Below, one piece after another: positions 19,301 to 31,300 of a DNA stretch of 64,000 nucleotides. The translations under genes and the position numbers were made by a program. The DNA is from Acidobacteriota bacterium (GTDB lineage: Bacteria > Acidobacteriota > Thermoanaerobaculia > Multivoradales > UBA5704): NCBI GenBank assembly GCA_040005235.1, contig JBDTZG010000014.1:32001-96000 (forward strand). The letters are read 5' to 3'. The notes beneath the pieces were generated by a model, which made no database searches, was not told where the DNA came from, and saw only the letters and a program-made list of their open reading frames with translations. How positions within the stretch are numbered: the first letter of the stretch is position 1; each line of letters starts with the position of its first letter.

Positions 19301-22300
19301 TCCTACTCTCCTCCCTGGCCTCTCGTCCGGAAGGTCGCGATGATTCGCCGGAGCTGATCCTGGTCACCGAATGCGCCGAAGAGGTGGTTGGCAGCGAAGT
19401 GACGAACGCGGTCCCTAACGACACCCTCGCCACCTTGATGGCAGAGGCCGCTCGGATGCCCGGTCTCCGCTGGCGCTGCGTGGACGTTGATGTCGAAGGA
19501 GAAAGCCCGCGGAGCGACAAGCTCGTCGACGAGTTGCTCGCGCCGGGACCGGCCGGCGTGGGGTCTGTGGTGGCCCTTCGAAACGGCTATCGATGGCTGC
19601 CGGCTTACGAGGTGGTTCACTTGGAGCATCGCGCGGGAGCCATTCGGCCCGGCGGTGGTTATCTGGTGGTGGGCCAGATAGGGGTGGCAAGCCAGTCCGT
19701 GCTCGCCGCGTTCGCGGAGGCGGGCGCACAGGCGCAGCTCATCCCGGCCGATCCGGCCGTAATCCTCGCATCTCCGGCGTTTGCATCCAATCTGCACGGA
19801 ATCGTCGTCACGGGCGGTTGGGAGACTCCTGCAGACACTCTCGCGGCGCTCGACGTCGCCCTCGGCGGTCGCGCGCTGGATTTCCGGCTCGTCCTCGCCC
19901 CATTCGCTGCTGGGCAGGAGATCGAAATTGGCGAAACCGTCGCCGAACGGCGGCTTGCCGCAGCGGTTCGCGTCCGTGCCCAAGCCGGTGGTGTCCGCTG
20001 GCGGATCGCCTCCTGGCGGATCACCTCGAGATCGGGTGATGACCAGGGGCTGACCCCGGGGGAGGCCGCGGAAGCCTTCCTGAGGCTCATCACGTGGCAG
20101 GGAGAGGCTCACCTCGTCGTGGCGCCCGTCGACCCTTCGGTTGCGGTACCCGTCGCCGAACCGCTCTCGTTCGCGGCAGAGCTTAAGCCAACAGGCAAGG
20201 GCGGGTATGTGGCGCCGCGCAACGCGGTAGAACGCGATTTGGCTGCGATCTGGGAGCACTTCCTGGGGATCGCTGCCGTGGGCGTTTTCGACAGTTTTCT
20301 CGAGCTCGGCGGACACTCCTTGCTGGCGACGCGCGTGACTGCGCGGATGCGCGAGGTCTTCGGGGTCGAACTGCCGCTCAGCAGCCTCTTCGAGAGCCCC
20401 CACTTGGCCGCGCTGGCCGTCGAAATCGGTGCGCGCCGAGAATCTCTGGGTGAGCCGTCGTCTGCTGCGCAGAGTCCGGCTTTTCACGCGATTGCCGCCC
20501 CGGCGGATCGTTATGATCCGTTTCCCCTTACCGAGGTGCAGCAAGCTTACTGGATCGGGCGTAGCGCCGGATTTGAGCTGGGGAATGTGGCAGCGCACAG
20601 CTACCTTGAGGCGGAGACTCGGAATCTCGATCTCTCGCGGCTTGAGGCGGCGCTCGATCGGCTCGTAAACCGCCACGAAATGTTGCGGGCGGTCGTAACA
20701 CGCGATGGTCAGCAGCGAATTTTGGCTGAGGTTCCGACTTATCGCATTGAAGTCGATGATCTTCGGGGTATGGCCCCAGAGGCTGCGGAAGCGGTCCTCA
20801 AGGAGACGCGAGCTCGCCTGGCGCAAGAGGTCGTACCGACCGACCGCTGGCCGCTTTTCGCCGTGCGCGCCTCGCTCCTGGATTCGGGCGCAACTCGCCT
20901 GCACATCCGACTCGATTACCTGATCGCCGACGCTTGGAGCGCTCGGACTTTGGCACGCGATGTCGGAGCTTTCTACGCCGATCCGACGATTTTCCTGCCG
21001 AACCTCGAGGTCTCGTTCCGAGATTATGTCCTTTGGCTGGAATCCCTGCGCGAAACCGAAGAGCATCGACGAGCCCTCGCCTACTGGCAGGGACGGCTGG
21101 AAAATCTTCCTCCGGCACCGGATCTACCTCTCGCGGTGAGTCCAACCACCCTGCTGAAGCCGCGCTTCGAGCGTCGGCGCGCCGCCCTGCCGGCCTTCCA
21201 TTGGGGGGAGCTCAAGCGCCGCTTCGCACAGGCGGACCTCGCGCCTTCCGCAGCGCTGGCGGCGGTATTTGCAGAGATTCTCACCGGTTGGAGCAAGAGT
21301 CCTCGTTTCACCATCAATCTGACGCTGTTCAATCGTCGGCCGGTGCATGCCCAAGTTGGGGAGTTGGTCGGCGATTTTACCTCTCTCACCTTGTTGGCGG
21401 TGGAGAGCGAACCAGGCGGCGGATTCCTGTCACGAGCCCGCGCCTTACAGCGGCAACTGTGGCGGGACCTTGACCACCAATCGGTGAGCGCCGTTCAGGT
21501 GTTACGCGACCTTTCCCGAGAACGCGGCGAGCTGGCGCGAGGATCGATGCCGGTCGTCTTTACCAGCACTTTGAGCATGACCACCGGCACTTCCGCGGCT
21601 GAGACGGAGGCGAGCGTTGCCGACCCTGTCCAGGTGGTCTACAGCCTCAACCAGGGACCGCAGGTCTGGATCGACCATCAGGTCTCGGAGCGTCAAGGGG
21701 AGCTCGTTTTCAATTGGGATGTCGTGGAGGGCCTTTTCCCACCGGGGCTGATCGACGCGATGTTCGAGGCCTATCGTGCGCTTTTGGAGACGCTCGCCCA
21801 GGCCGATGAAGCTTGGGGGGTTGTCCCGTTGCCCTTGGTGTCAACCGCCCAGCTCGAACAGCGTGCTGCGGTAAATGCCACCGAGGCACCCGTCACCGAC
21901 GATCTCCTTCACACCTTGTTCCGCGCGCAGGCAGCCCGTCGGCCCGAGGCGACGGCGGTAGTCGCCGGAGATCGCCGATTGACCTATGGCGAGCTCGCCG
22001 CACGTGCCGGCTGGCTAGGCCGTCGGCTGCGAGATTTGGGAGCACGGCCCAACACGCTGATTGCGGTGGCGATGGAAAAGGGTTGGGAACAGGTGGCTGC
22101 GGTGCTCGGCGTGCTCGAGGCCGGTGCCGCCTATCTGCCGGTCGATCCGTCGCTGCCCTCCGACCGGCTGGGATATCTGCTCGCCCATGGTGAGGTTCGA
22201 ATCGCCCTCACGCAGTCCTGGCTGGAACATCGTCTCGACTGGCCACCCGGAATCGTGCGCATCTGCGTCGACCGTGAGCCCGCGAAAGAGGGACTCGAAC

Positions 22301-25300
22301 CGCTGGAGATTTCCCAGGCACCCGGCGACTTGGCCTACGTTCTCTACACCTCCGGATCGACCGGCTTGCCCAAGGGCGTAATGATCGACCACCGCGGCGC
22401 CGTGAACACTATTCTCGACGTCAATCGCCGCTTTGCGCTGGGCCCCAACGACGCAGTTCTCGCCGTGTCATCCTTGAGCTTCGATCTTTCGGTCTTTGAC
22501 ATCTTTGGTCTCCTCGCCGCAGGAGGCAAGGTGATCGTGCCGGAGCCCGGGACCAGCCGGGATGCCGAACGATGGGTGGAGCTTCTGCACCGCGAAGGCG
22601 TGACGCTGTGGAATACGGTGCCTGCGCTCTTTGAGATGCTGGTGGAGCACGTGTCGGGTCGGCCGGATCTCCTACCGCCGCCCCTTCGGTTTGCGTTGCT
22701 CTCCGGCGACTGGATTCCTCTGTCGCTTCCCGATCGCGCCCGTCAGGCTCTTCCGGGTATCGAGGTGGTCAGCCTGGGAGGTGCCACGGAAGCGTCGATC
22801 TGGTCCATTCTCTATCCCGTCGCCGAAGTTGCGGGCGATTGGAAAAGCATCCCGTACGGCCGGCCGATGCTCAATCAGTCCTTTTCTGTCCTCGACGGCC
22901 AGCTCGAGGCGCGGCCGGTGTGGGTTCCGGGGCAACTGTACATCGGCGGTATCGGTCTGGCGCTCGGCTACTGGCGCGACGAGGAAAGGACGAGAGCCAG
23001 CTTCATCCGTCATCCACGCACCGGCGAACGCCTGTACCGCACCGGCGATCTCGGTCGATACCTGCCCGATGCAACGATCGAGTTCCTGGGGCGCGAGGAC
23101 TTCCAGGTCAAGATCCATGGCTATCGCATCGAGCTTGGAGAGATCGAGGCCACTCTTTCTCAACACCCGGCGGTGCGCGAATGCGTGGTCGCCGCGCCGG
23201 GCTCACCACAAGGTGCCCGCCGTTTGGTGGCCTACGTGGTTCCAGGCTCCGACCCTGTCGCTGTGAAGAGCGCGAAGACCGAGTCGGCACAGGTGGCGCA
23301 GTGGCAGGCGCTGTTCGACGCCACGTACGGTGCGTCAACCGGTAGAGAGGCCACCTTCGACATCGCCGGGTGGAAAAGTAGCTATGGCGGCGATATACCG
23401 CCGGAGGAGATGCAGCGCTGGGTTTCTTCCACCGTGGAGCGCATTCTGGCCCTGCGGCCCCGGCGCGTACTGGAGATCGGCTGCGGTACGGGCCTGCTTC
23501 TGTTTCGGATCGCCCCTTTCTGCGAGCATTACCGAGGCACCGATCTTTCGGCGGAGGCCCTGGCGTCGATCCATCGCCAGATCGCGGCAGCGGGTATCAA
23601 GCTGCCCCAAATACAGCTTGCTCAATCCGCTGCGGACGACTTCACCGGCGTCGCGTCCGGCGAATTTGATTTGGTGATCATCAACTCGGTCATTCAGTAT
23701 TTCCCGGATGTTGGATATCTGCTTCGGGTGGTCGAGGGAGCGGCAGGAGTTGTCTCACCCGGCGGCCATATCTTCGTGGGCGATGTACGTGACTTGACGA
23801 CGCTTCCCGCCTTTTACGCCTCCATCGAGCAGGCGCTGTCACTGGTCGACCTCGGACAGGAAGAGCTGCGGCGAAGGATCGAGCAGCGTACGGCGAAGGA
23901 AGAGGAATTGGTGGTCAGCCCCGATTTCTTCAGGGCACTTGCAGACCGGCTGCCGGCGGTTCAGGGTGCGGTGATGGAGCCGAAGCGCGGGCGCGACCGC
24001 AATGAGTTGGTCAACTATCGGTACGACGTGACGCTCTTGATCGACCCTCCGGCCGCGCCTCGCCAAGTCCGCTGGCAGGACTGGCAGGACGTCGGCGGAA
24101 CCCTTGCCGCTCTGTGCGACCGGTGGCGCGCCTCAGAAGGCGAGCCGATAGGCGTTCGCGGCATACCGAGCTCACGGCTCACCGGGGATCTCGCCCGGTG
24201 GGCCGATCCCGCACGAGGACCGGACGGATCATCGGCCGGGGCCGTCGAAGCTGTCGATCCGGAAGATTTGTTCCATCTTGGCCAGGAGCTCCGTTGCGGT
24301 ACGACCTTGACCGTTTGCGGCGCGGACCGCCCCGGTGCTCTCGATCTCGTCCTTTGGCCCCTCACAGCATTGGACTCGTCGACGCCTTTTTGGCTCCCGG
24401 CCGAACCGCATTTCGGAGAGCCGAGGTGGAAGTTCTGGGCCAACGATCCATCGAGGCCGCAGCTGGCACATACCTTGGTTCCAAAGCTGACCGCCTTCCT
24501 GCGCGAAAAGTTGCCCGACTACATGGTGCCGGGCGTTTTCGTGATCCTCGACGGTTTACCGCTCACCGCCAATGGCAAGGTTGACCGCAGCGCCTTGCCC
24601 GCGCCCGGCATCGATCCCGAGGCTGCGCCCGGACTCCACGTCGCTCCGCGAACGCCCACCGAGCAAGCGGTGGCGGAAATCTGGTCTCAGGTGCTGCGCG
24701 CGGAGCGGGTGGGTGTCGAGGACAACTTCTTCGACCTGGGAGGCCATTCGCTCCTCGCGATCCAGGTGCTTTCTCGACTGCGTCAGCAACTGAAAGTCGA
24801 AGTTCCGGTTCAAACCCTTTTCGAGTCCGCAACGGTCGCCGGTCTGTCGAGAGAGATCGACGTTCTCCTGCAGCGATCGATTCCGGAAGACGGCGCGCGT
24901 CTCCAGCCTGTATCGCGCGATCAACGACTGCCGCTTTCCTTCTCACAAAAGCGGCTTTGGTTTCTCGATCGCTTAGTTCCGGGGAATGCTTTCTACAACA
25001 TTCCAGCGGGCGTTCGAATGAAAGGAAAAGCGGACCTACGGTCTCTCGCCGCGGCGATCAACGAGATCGTCCGCCGCCATGAAACCCTGCGAACGACGTT
25101 TGCCGAAGCGGATGGCGAACCCTTCCAGGTGATCGCACCGGGGATTCACGTGGCGGTGCCTCACGTCGATCTGCGGAATCTGTCCGATGCAGCAGGAGAG
25201 GCGGAGATCGTGCGCCTGATGAACGAGGAGGCAAAACGCCCGTTCGACCTCGCGGCCGGACCCATGCTGCGCGCCTTCACCCTCTGGCGGGCGGAGAACG

Positions 25301-28300
25301 ACTTCGTCCTCCTTCTCACGTTGCATCACATCGTTTCCGACGGCTGGTCGATGGGCGTCTTCTATCGCGAGCTTCAGGCTCTCTACTCGGCATTTTCCGC
25401 GGGTCGGCCTTCTCCTCTGGCCCCTCTGCCCATCCAGTACGCCGATTTCGCCTACTGGCAGAATCAAGCTCTGCAAGGGGAGCTGCGCGAGGCTCACCTG
25501 TCTTTCTGGCGCGAGCAGCTCGGCGGCTTGCCGTTATTGGAGCTTCCCACCGACCGCCCAAGACCACGTTTCGAGAGCTTCCGCGGCTCCATGGTGTCGG
25601 CCCTGCTCGATCGTACCCTCGTGAGCTCTCTAAAGGCGATGAGCCAGCGCTGCGAGGCCACGTTGTTCATGACGATCCTCGCCGGGTTTAAGGTCTTCTT
25701 GGCGCGATACTCACGGCAGTGGGAAATTGTCGCGGGCTCGGCGGCTGCCGCGCGCAATCGCCCTGAGCTCGAAGGGTTGATCGGATTCTTCCTCAATATG
25801 CTGGTCCTGCGCACCGACCTGTCCGGCAAACCCAGCTTCGAGGCGGCGGTGCGGCGGGTTCGCCAGGTCACCTTGGACGCCTACTCTCATCAGGACCTGC
25901 CTTTCGAAATTTTGGTGGACGAGTTGCAGCCGGAACGCGATCCGAGCCGGAACCCGCTCTGTCAAGTTCTACTGATGTACCAGAACTACCCCGTAGAAGA
26001 GCGCGGGCTCGAGGGCGATTCCCTGAGGCTCATGAAGGTCGATAGCGGTACAGCCAAGTTTGATCTCGTCCTGTTCGTAGACGATGTGGAGCAGGGCTTG
26101 CAGGTAAAGCTGGAGTTCAACACCGATCTTTTCGACCGGACGACGGCGCGGCGGGCGCTCGGGCAATTTGAGATCCTGTTGCGTTCGGCGATGGCGACTC
26201 CGGAGCGGTCGATCACCGATCTGCCGATGATCGACGACGTGGAGAGGCATCAGGTTCTGACCGAATGGAACGACACGGAACATCGATACGCGACGGCGGA
26301 ACGTATCGAAGAGCTATTCGAACGCGCGGCGGCTCGCCAGCCGAATGCCGTGGCAGTGGTGTTCGAAGACGTCGTGCTCACGTACCGACAGCTCGACGAA
26401 CTGGCCAACCAGTTGGCTTGGCGGCTGACAGCTCTCGGCGCGGGCCCAGGAAGCTACATAGCGGTCTATTTGGAACGATCGGCGGCAATGATCCCGGCCC
26501 TGCTCGGTATCCTCAAGGCAGGCGGAGCCTATGTTCCCTTGGAAGTGACCTACCCGGAGGCGCGGATCGAATGGATCCTGGATCGACTGGACATCCGCTT
26601 CGCGGTCACCCAGGCGAGTCTGTCGGCGGCCATCGGCAACCTTGGAGCGGGTTCCTTAAAGACGGTATGCATTGATGACGCCTTGGTGCTCGCCACGCAC
26701 CCGCGGAACCGTCCGGTTCTACCGCTCATTGAAAATGGCATGGCCTACGTCATCTTCACTTCAGGTTCCACCGGTACACCCAAGGGCGTCATGGTGCGCC
26801 ATCGTGCCGTTGTCAATCTAATCGACTGGATTGGCCGCGAACACCGGATCGGTTCGCGGGATCGGGTGCTTTTCGTCACATCCCTTTGCTTCGACCTTTC
26901 GGTCTACGACGTCTTTGGTCTCCTGGCGGCGGGTGGATCGATTCGCGTGGTCTCTGCGGCGGACGTGCGAGATCCGCAACGCCTGCTACAGATTCTGATG
27001 ACCGAGCCCATCACCTTTTGGGATTCGGCTCCGGCCACCTTGCAGCAGTTGGTCCCTTACTTTCCGGTCACGCCACACGAGATCGATCTGCGTCTGGTCT
27101 TTTTGAGCGGAGATTGGATTCCCGTTGGGCTTCCGGACGACGTGCGCGCGAGCTTCCCCGGCACTCAGGTGATCAGCCTTGGCGGTGCTACGGAGGCGAC
27201 GGTGTGGTCCAACTCTTTTCCCATAGGAGAGGTCGAGGCGCATTGGGTGAGCATTCCCTACGGTCGTCCGATGCAGAACGCCCGCTACCACGCCCTGGAC
27301 TCCGATTTCGAGCCGGCGCCTATCGGCGTTCCGGGCGATCTTTACATTGCGGGCGACTGTCTCAGCTCGGGCTATGAGGACGCCGCACTCAGCGCCGAGA
27401 AATATCTGCCGGACCCTTTCTCCGGGCAGCCCGGGGAACGCATCTACAAGACGGGCGACCTGGTACGTTACCGGCCCGACGGAAACCTGGAGTTCCTCGG
27501 CCGCGCCGATCAGCAGGTCAAGGTGCGCGGATTCCGGATTGAGCTGGGGGAGATCGAAAGTTTGTTGGCACGGCATCCGGTGGTTGCGGACGCCGTAGTC
27601 GTGGTGCGCGAGGACGAGCCCGGCGATCAGCGCTTGGTGGCCTATGCCGTTCCGCGACAGGGGGAAGCGGTGTACGCGACCTCGGAGGAAGACTGGCAGC
27701 TACGCGTCGCCGAGTGGCAGACGATCTACGACAACATCTACGGCGATTCTTCCGCCGTGCTCGATCCTACTTTTAACATTTCCGGGTGGCGAAGCAGCTA
27801 CACCGGGCGACCGCTTCCTGCCGAGGAGATGCTGGAGTGGGTGGACGATACGGTCTCCCGCATCCTCGCGCTGCGGCCACGGCGGGTGCTCGAGATCGGT
27901 TGCGGCACCGGACTGCTTCTCTTCCGCGTGGCGCCGCACTGCCGCTCTTATTGGGCCACCGACTTCTCACGCACCGCGCTGCAGGCGATCCGTCGAACCC
28001 TCGGCAGTCCGGGACTGGAACTGCCTCAGGTCCGCCTATTCGAGCGCTTGGCCGACGATTTCGAGGGCCTTCAGGCGGGTTCGTTCGATCTGGTGCTCAT
28101 CAACTCGGTGATCCAGTACTTCCCGAGCCTGGATTATCTCAGCAAGGTGGTGTCCGGGGCCGCGTCCCTCCTTTCACCCGGGGGACATCTTTTCGTGGGC
28201 GACGTGCGGAGCCTTCCGCTTCTCTCGACGTTCCATACCTCGGTGCAACTCTCTCAGGCGCCCCCGGATCTTTCCACGGAGACTCTGCGCCAAAACGTGC

Positions 28301-31300
28301 GAGAGGGTCTTACCCAGGAAGAGGAATTGGTCGTTGCCCCGGCCTTCTTTACCGAGATCGAACAGCGGGTACCCGGCTTAGGTTCAACCCGTATCCTGCT
28401 CAAGCGCGGCGCCATCGACAACGAGCTTAATCGCTATCGCTATGATGTCATCTGCGCTGCGGACCACGGTGAAGCTCAGGCTCCGGAGCCGTGTCATTGG
28501 TTGGCTTGGAAGGAGGAGGCCTGGACGCTTCCCGGCATCGCGCAGTTTTTGAAAGAGACAACCCCAAGCGTGATCGGTTTTTTCGGCGTGCCGAACGCGC
28601 GCCTGGCCGGAGACGCGGAGCTGGAGAGGCTCCTCTCCGATCCGGCCGGACCGGAGACGGTCGGCCAACTTCGAATCGCCATCGCGGCGAGGCCGGAGGT
28701 TGGAGTGGACCCCTCGGAGCTCTGGTCCTCGGGTGAGGTCTTGGGATTTTCCGTCGAAGTCTCCTGGTCGTCGGCGGGCAAAGAGTACTTCGACGTGGTC
28801 TTCCGCGACTCCAGACTTGCGATCCTTCCGGTGTGTCCTCCGGATCGGGATCAGACGACGGAAGAGCCGCAGGTCCTTGCCAACGATCCCCTTCAGGCGC
28901 GGGTACAGCAGCGACTGGCGTCCGCTCTCCGTGCCTGGCTGCAACAGCACCTTCCGCCCTACATGATGCCGTCAGATTTCGTGCTGTTGCAATCCGTGCC
29001 GCTGACACCTAACGGTAAGCTCGATCGAAATTCGCTGCCGATTCCGACACGACGGTCCGGGGGAGCGATCGGCGTACCTCGCAATCCCTTGGAGCAAAAG
29101 CTGGCTGAGATTTGGGCCGAAGTGCTGGGTGTCGAGCAAGTGGGTGTGTTTGACAATTTCTTCGAGCTTGGAGGCCATTCCCTGCTTGCCACGCAGGTGA
29201 TGGCTCGAGTAGCCCAAGCGGTAGGTGAGGAGGTTCCCCTCCGCTCCTTGTTCGAAAACCCAACGGTCGCCGGCCTTGCGGCGAGCTTCGGGCGTTGGCA
29301 GAGTGCGGCGGGTGTGGCGACACTTCCACGGATCGAACCGATTTCCCGCGTTCGGCCTCTCGCACTCTCGTACTCCCAACTCCGCCTCTGGCTGCTGGAC
29401 CGTTTGGCTCCGGGCAATGTCGCCTACAGCATTCCGACCGCGCTTCGGATGGTCGGAAGTCTTGCGCCGGCGATCCTCGCCGCGAGTTTGAGCGAGATCG
29501 TTCGTCGCCATGAGACATTGCGGACGACCTTTTTCCTCGATGGCGATGAACCGGTGCAGGTCATCGCGTCGGCGCGACCCTTGCCTCTTCCCATCATCGA
29601 TCTGAGCGCACTGCCCGCCGAACACTTGGATACCTGCGCCGGCGGACTCAAAGCCTGGCATGCCGCCCGTCCCTTCGACCTGGAGGTAGGCCCGCTGCTA
29701 CGAGTCTGCCTGCTACGTTTCAGCGAACGCGAACACTGGGCGCTCGCCAACCTGCATCACATCGTGGGTGATGGTTGGTCGGTGGGGCTCCTCATTCGCG
29801 AGCTGGCAGCTCTTTACGAGGCGGCGATCGCCGGCCGGCCATCGCCGCTGCCGCCGCTACCGGTCCAATATGCGGACTACGCTCACTGGCAGCGTCAGAG
29901 GGTGCGCGGAGCCCGCCTCTCGACTCTCCTCGACTACTGGCGGCAGCGGCTGGAGGGTGCGCCGGCCGTTCTCGATCTGCCCATGGATCGGCCTCGACCG
30001 GAGGTGCAGACATACGATGGAAACCTAATGTCGGTTCTGGTGCCGACAGGGGTCGTGGCGGAGTTGCGAGCCGTCATTCGCTCCGAATCGGCGACCTTGT
30101 TCATGGCGTTCCTCGCGCTGTTCGGTACCTTGCTCCGCCGCACGACCCGATCTGAAAACTTTGTGATCGGTACGGCCATCGCAGGACGAGCTCAGGTGGA
30201 GATCGAGAGCCTCATCGGTTTCTTCGTGAACACCCTGGCCTTGCCCTTGGATGTTTCAGGCGATCCTGAGTTTTCCGTCCTCCTGCGCCAGGCGAGAGAG
30301 ACGGCCCTGGGCGCTATTGCGAATCAAGAGCTGCCCTTCGAGAAACTCGTCGACGAGCTCCAGCCCGAGCGCTCGCTGAGCCATTCGCCGATTTTTCAGG
30401 TCGCCCTTGTGATTCAAAACACCGCCTGGTCGAGCCTTGACCTTCCCGGGTTGACCCTCAGCCAAGTGAGCTCCGGAGCGCCAACCGCGAAATACGATCT
30501 GACTCTCCTCGCCGAAGAGCGCGGCGACAAACTCGCGGTCGTGTTCGAGTACAACTCAGGACTGTTCGACCGCACGACCATCGCCCGCCTGCTGTCGCAC
30601 CTCATGATCCTGCTCAAGGGCGCTGCCGCGGATCCCCTCCAACGCCTATCCGAATTGAGCTTGATGTCCGCTGCCGAGACGCATCAACTTTTCTGCGAGT
30701 GGAACGACTCGCAGGTGGCGCGGCCGGAAGCAGCGTCCTGCATCCATCAACTCTTTGCCGCCCAAACGCAGCGCACTCCCGAGGCGGTGGCTGTCCGGGT
30801 TGGCGACGCGGCGCTCAGCTATCGTGAGCTCGATCTGCGTACCAACCGGCTTGCCCGGCACCTGCGCGCGCGAGGCGTCGGGGTCGAGTCGCGGATCGGC
30901 GTATTCATCGATCGCTCGTTCGAAATGCCGGTGGCCCTGTTGGCAATCCTCAAAGCGGGTGGTGCCTATCTGCCGTTGGACCCGACGATTCCGGGTCCGC
31001 GCCTGGCCCAGATGCTGAGCGACGGTGGCGTCGAGCTCGGGCTGACCGCTGCGCGATTCATGGCCACCCTCCCCCCGGAGACGCCAAGACCGATCGACTG
31101 GATTGCCATCGATTCCGATGGGCCGGAGTTTAGCGACGATCCATTGGTCGGCGGTGCGGTGCCGGAGAACTTGGCTTACGTGATCTACACCTCGGGATCG
31201 ACGGGCCTGCCTAAAGGCGTGATGATTCCCCACGCAGCGATCGCGAACCGACTTCTTTGGATGCAAGAGCGATTTCCCTTAAGCCCGTCGGACCGGGTAC

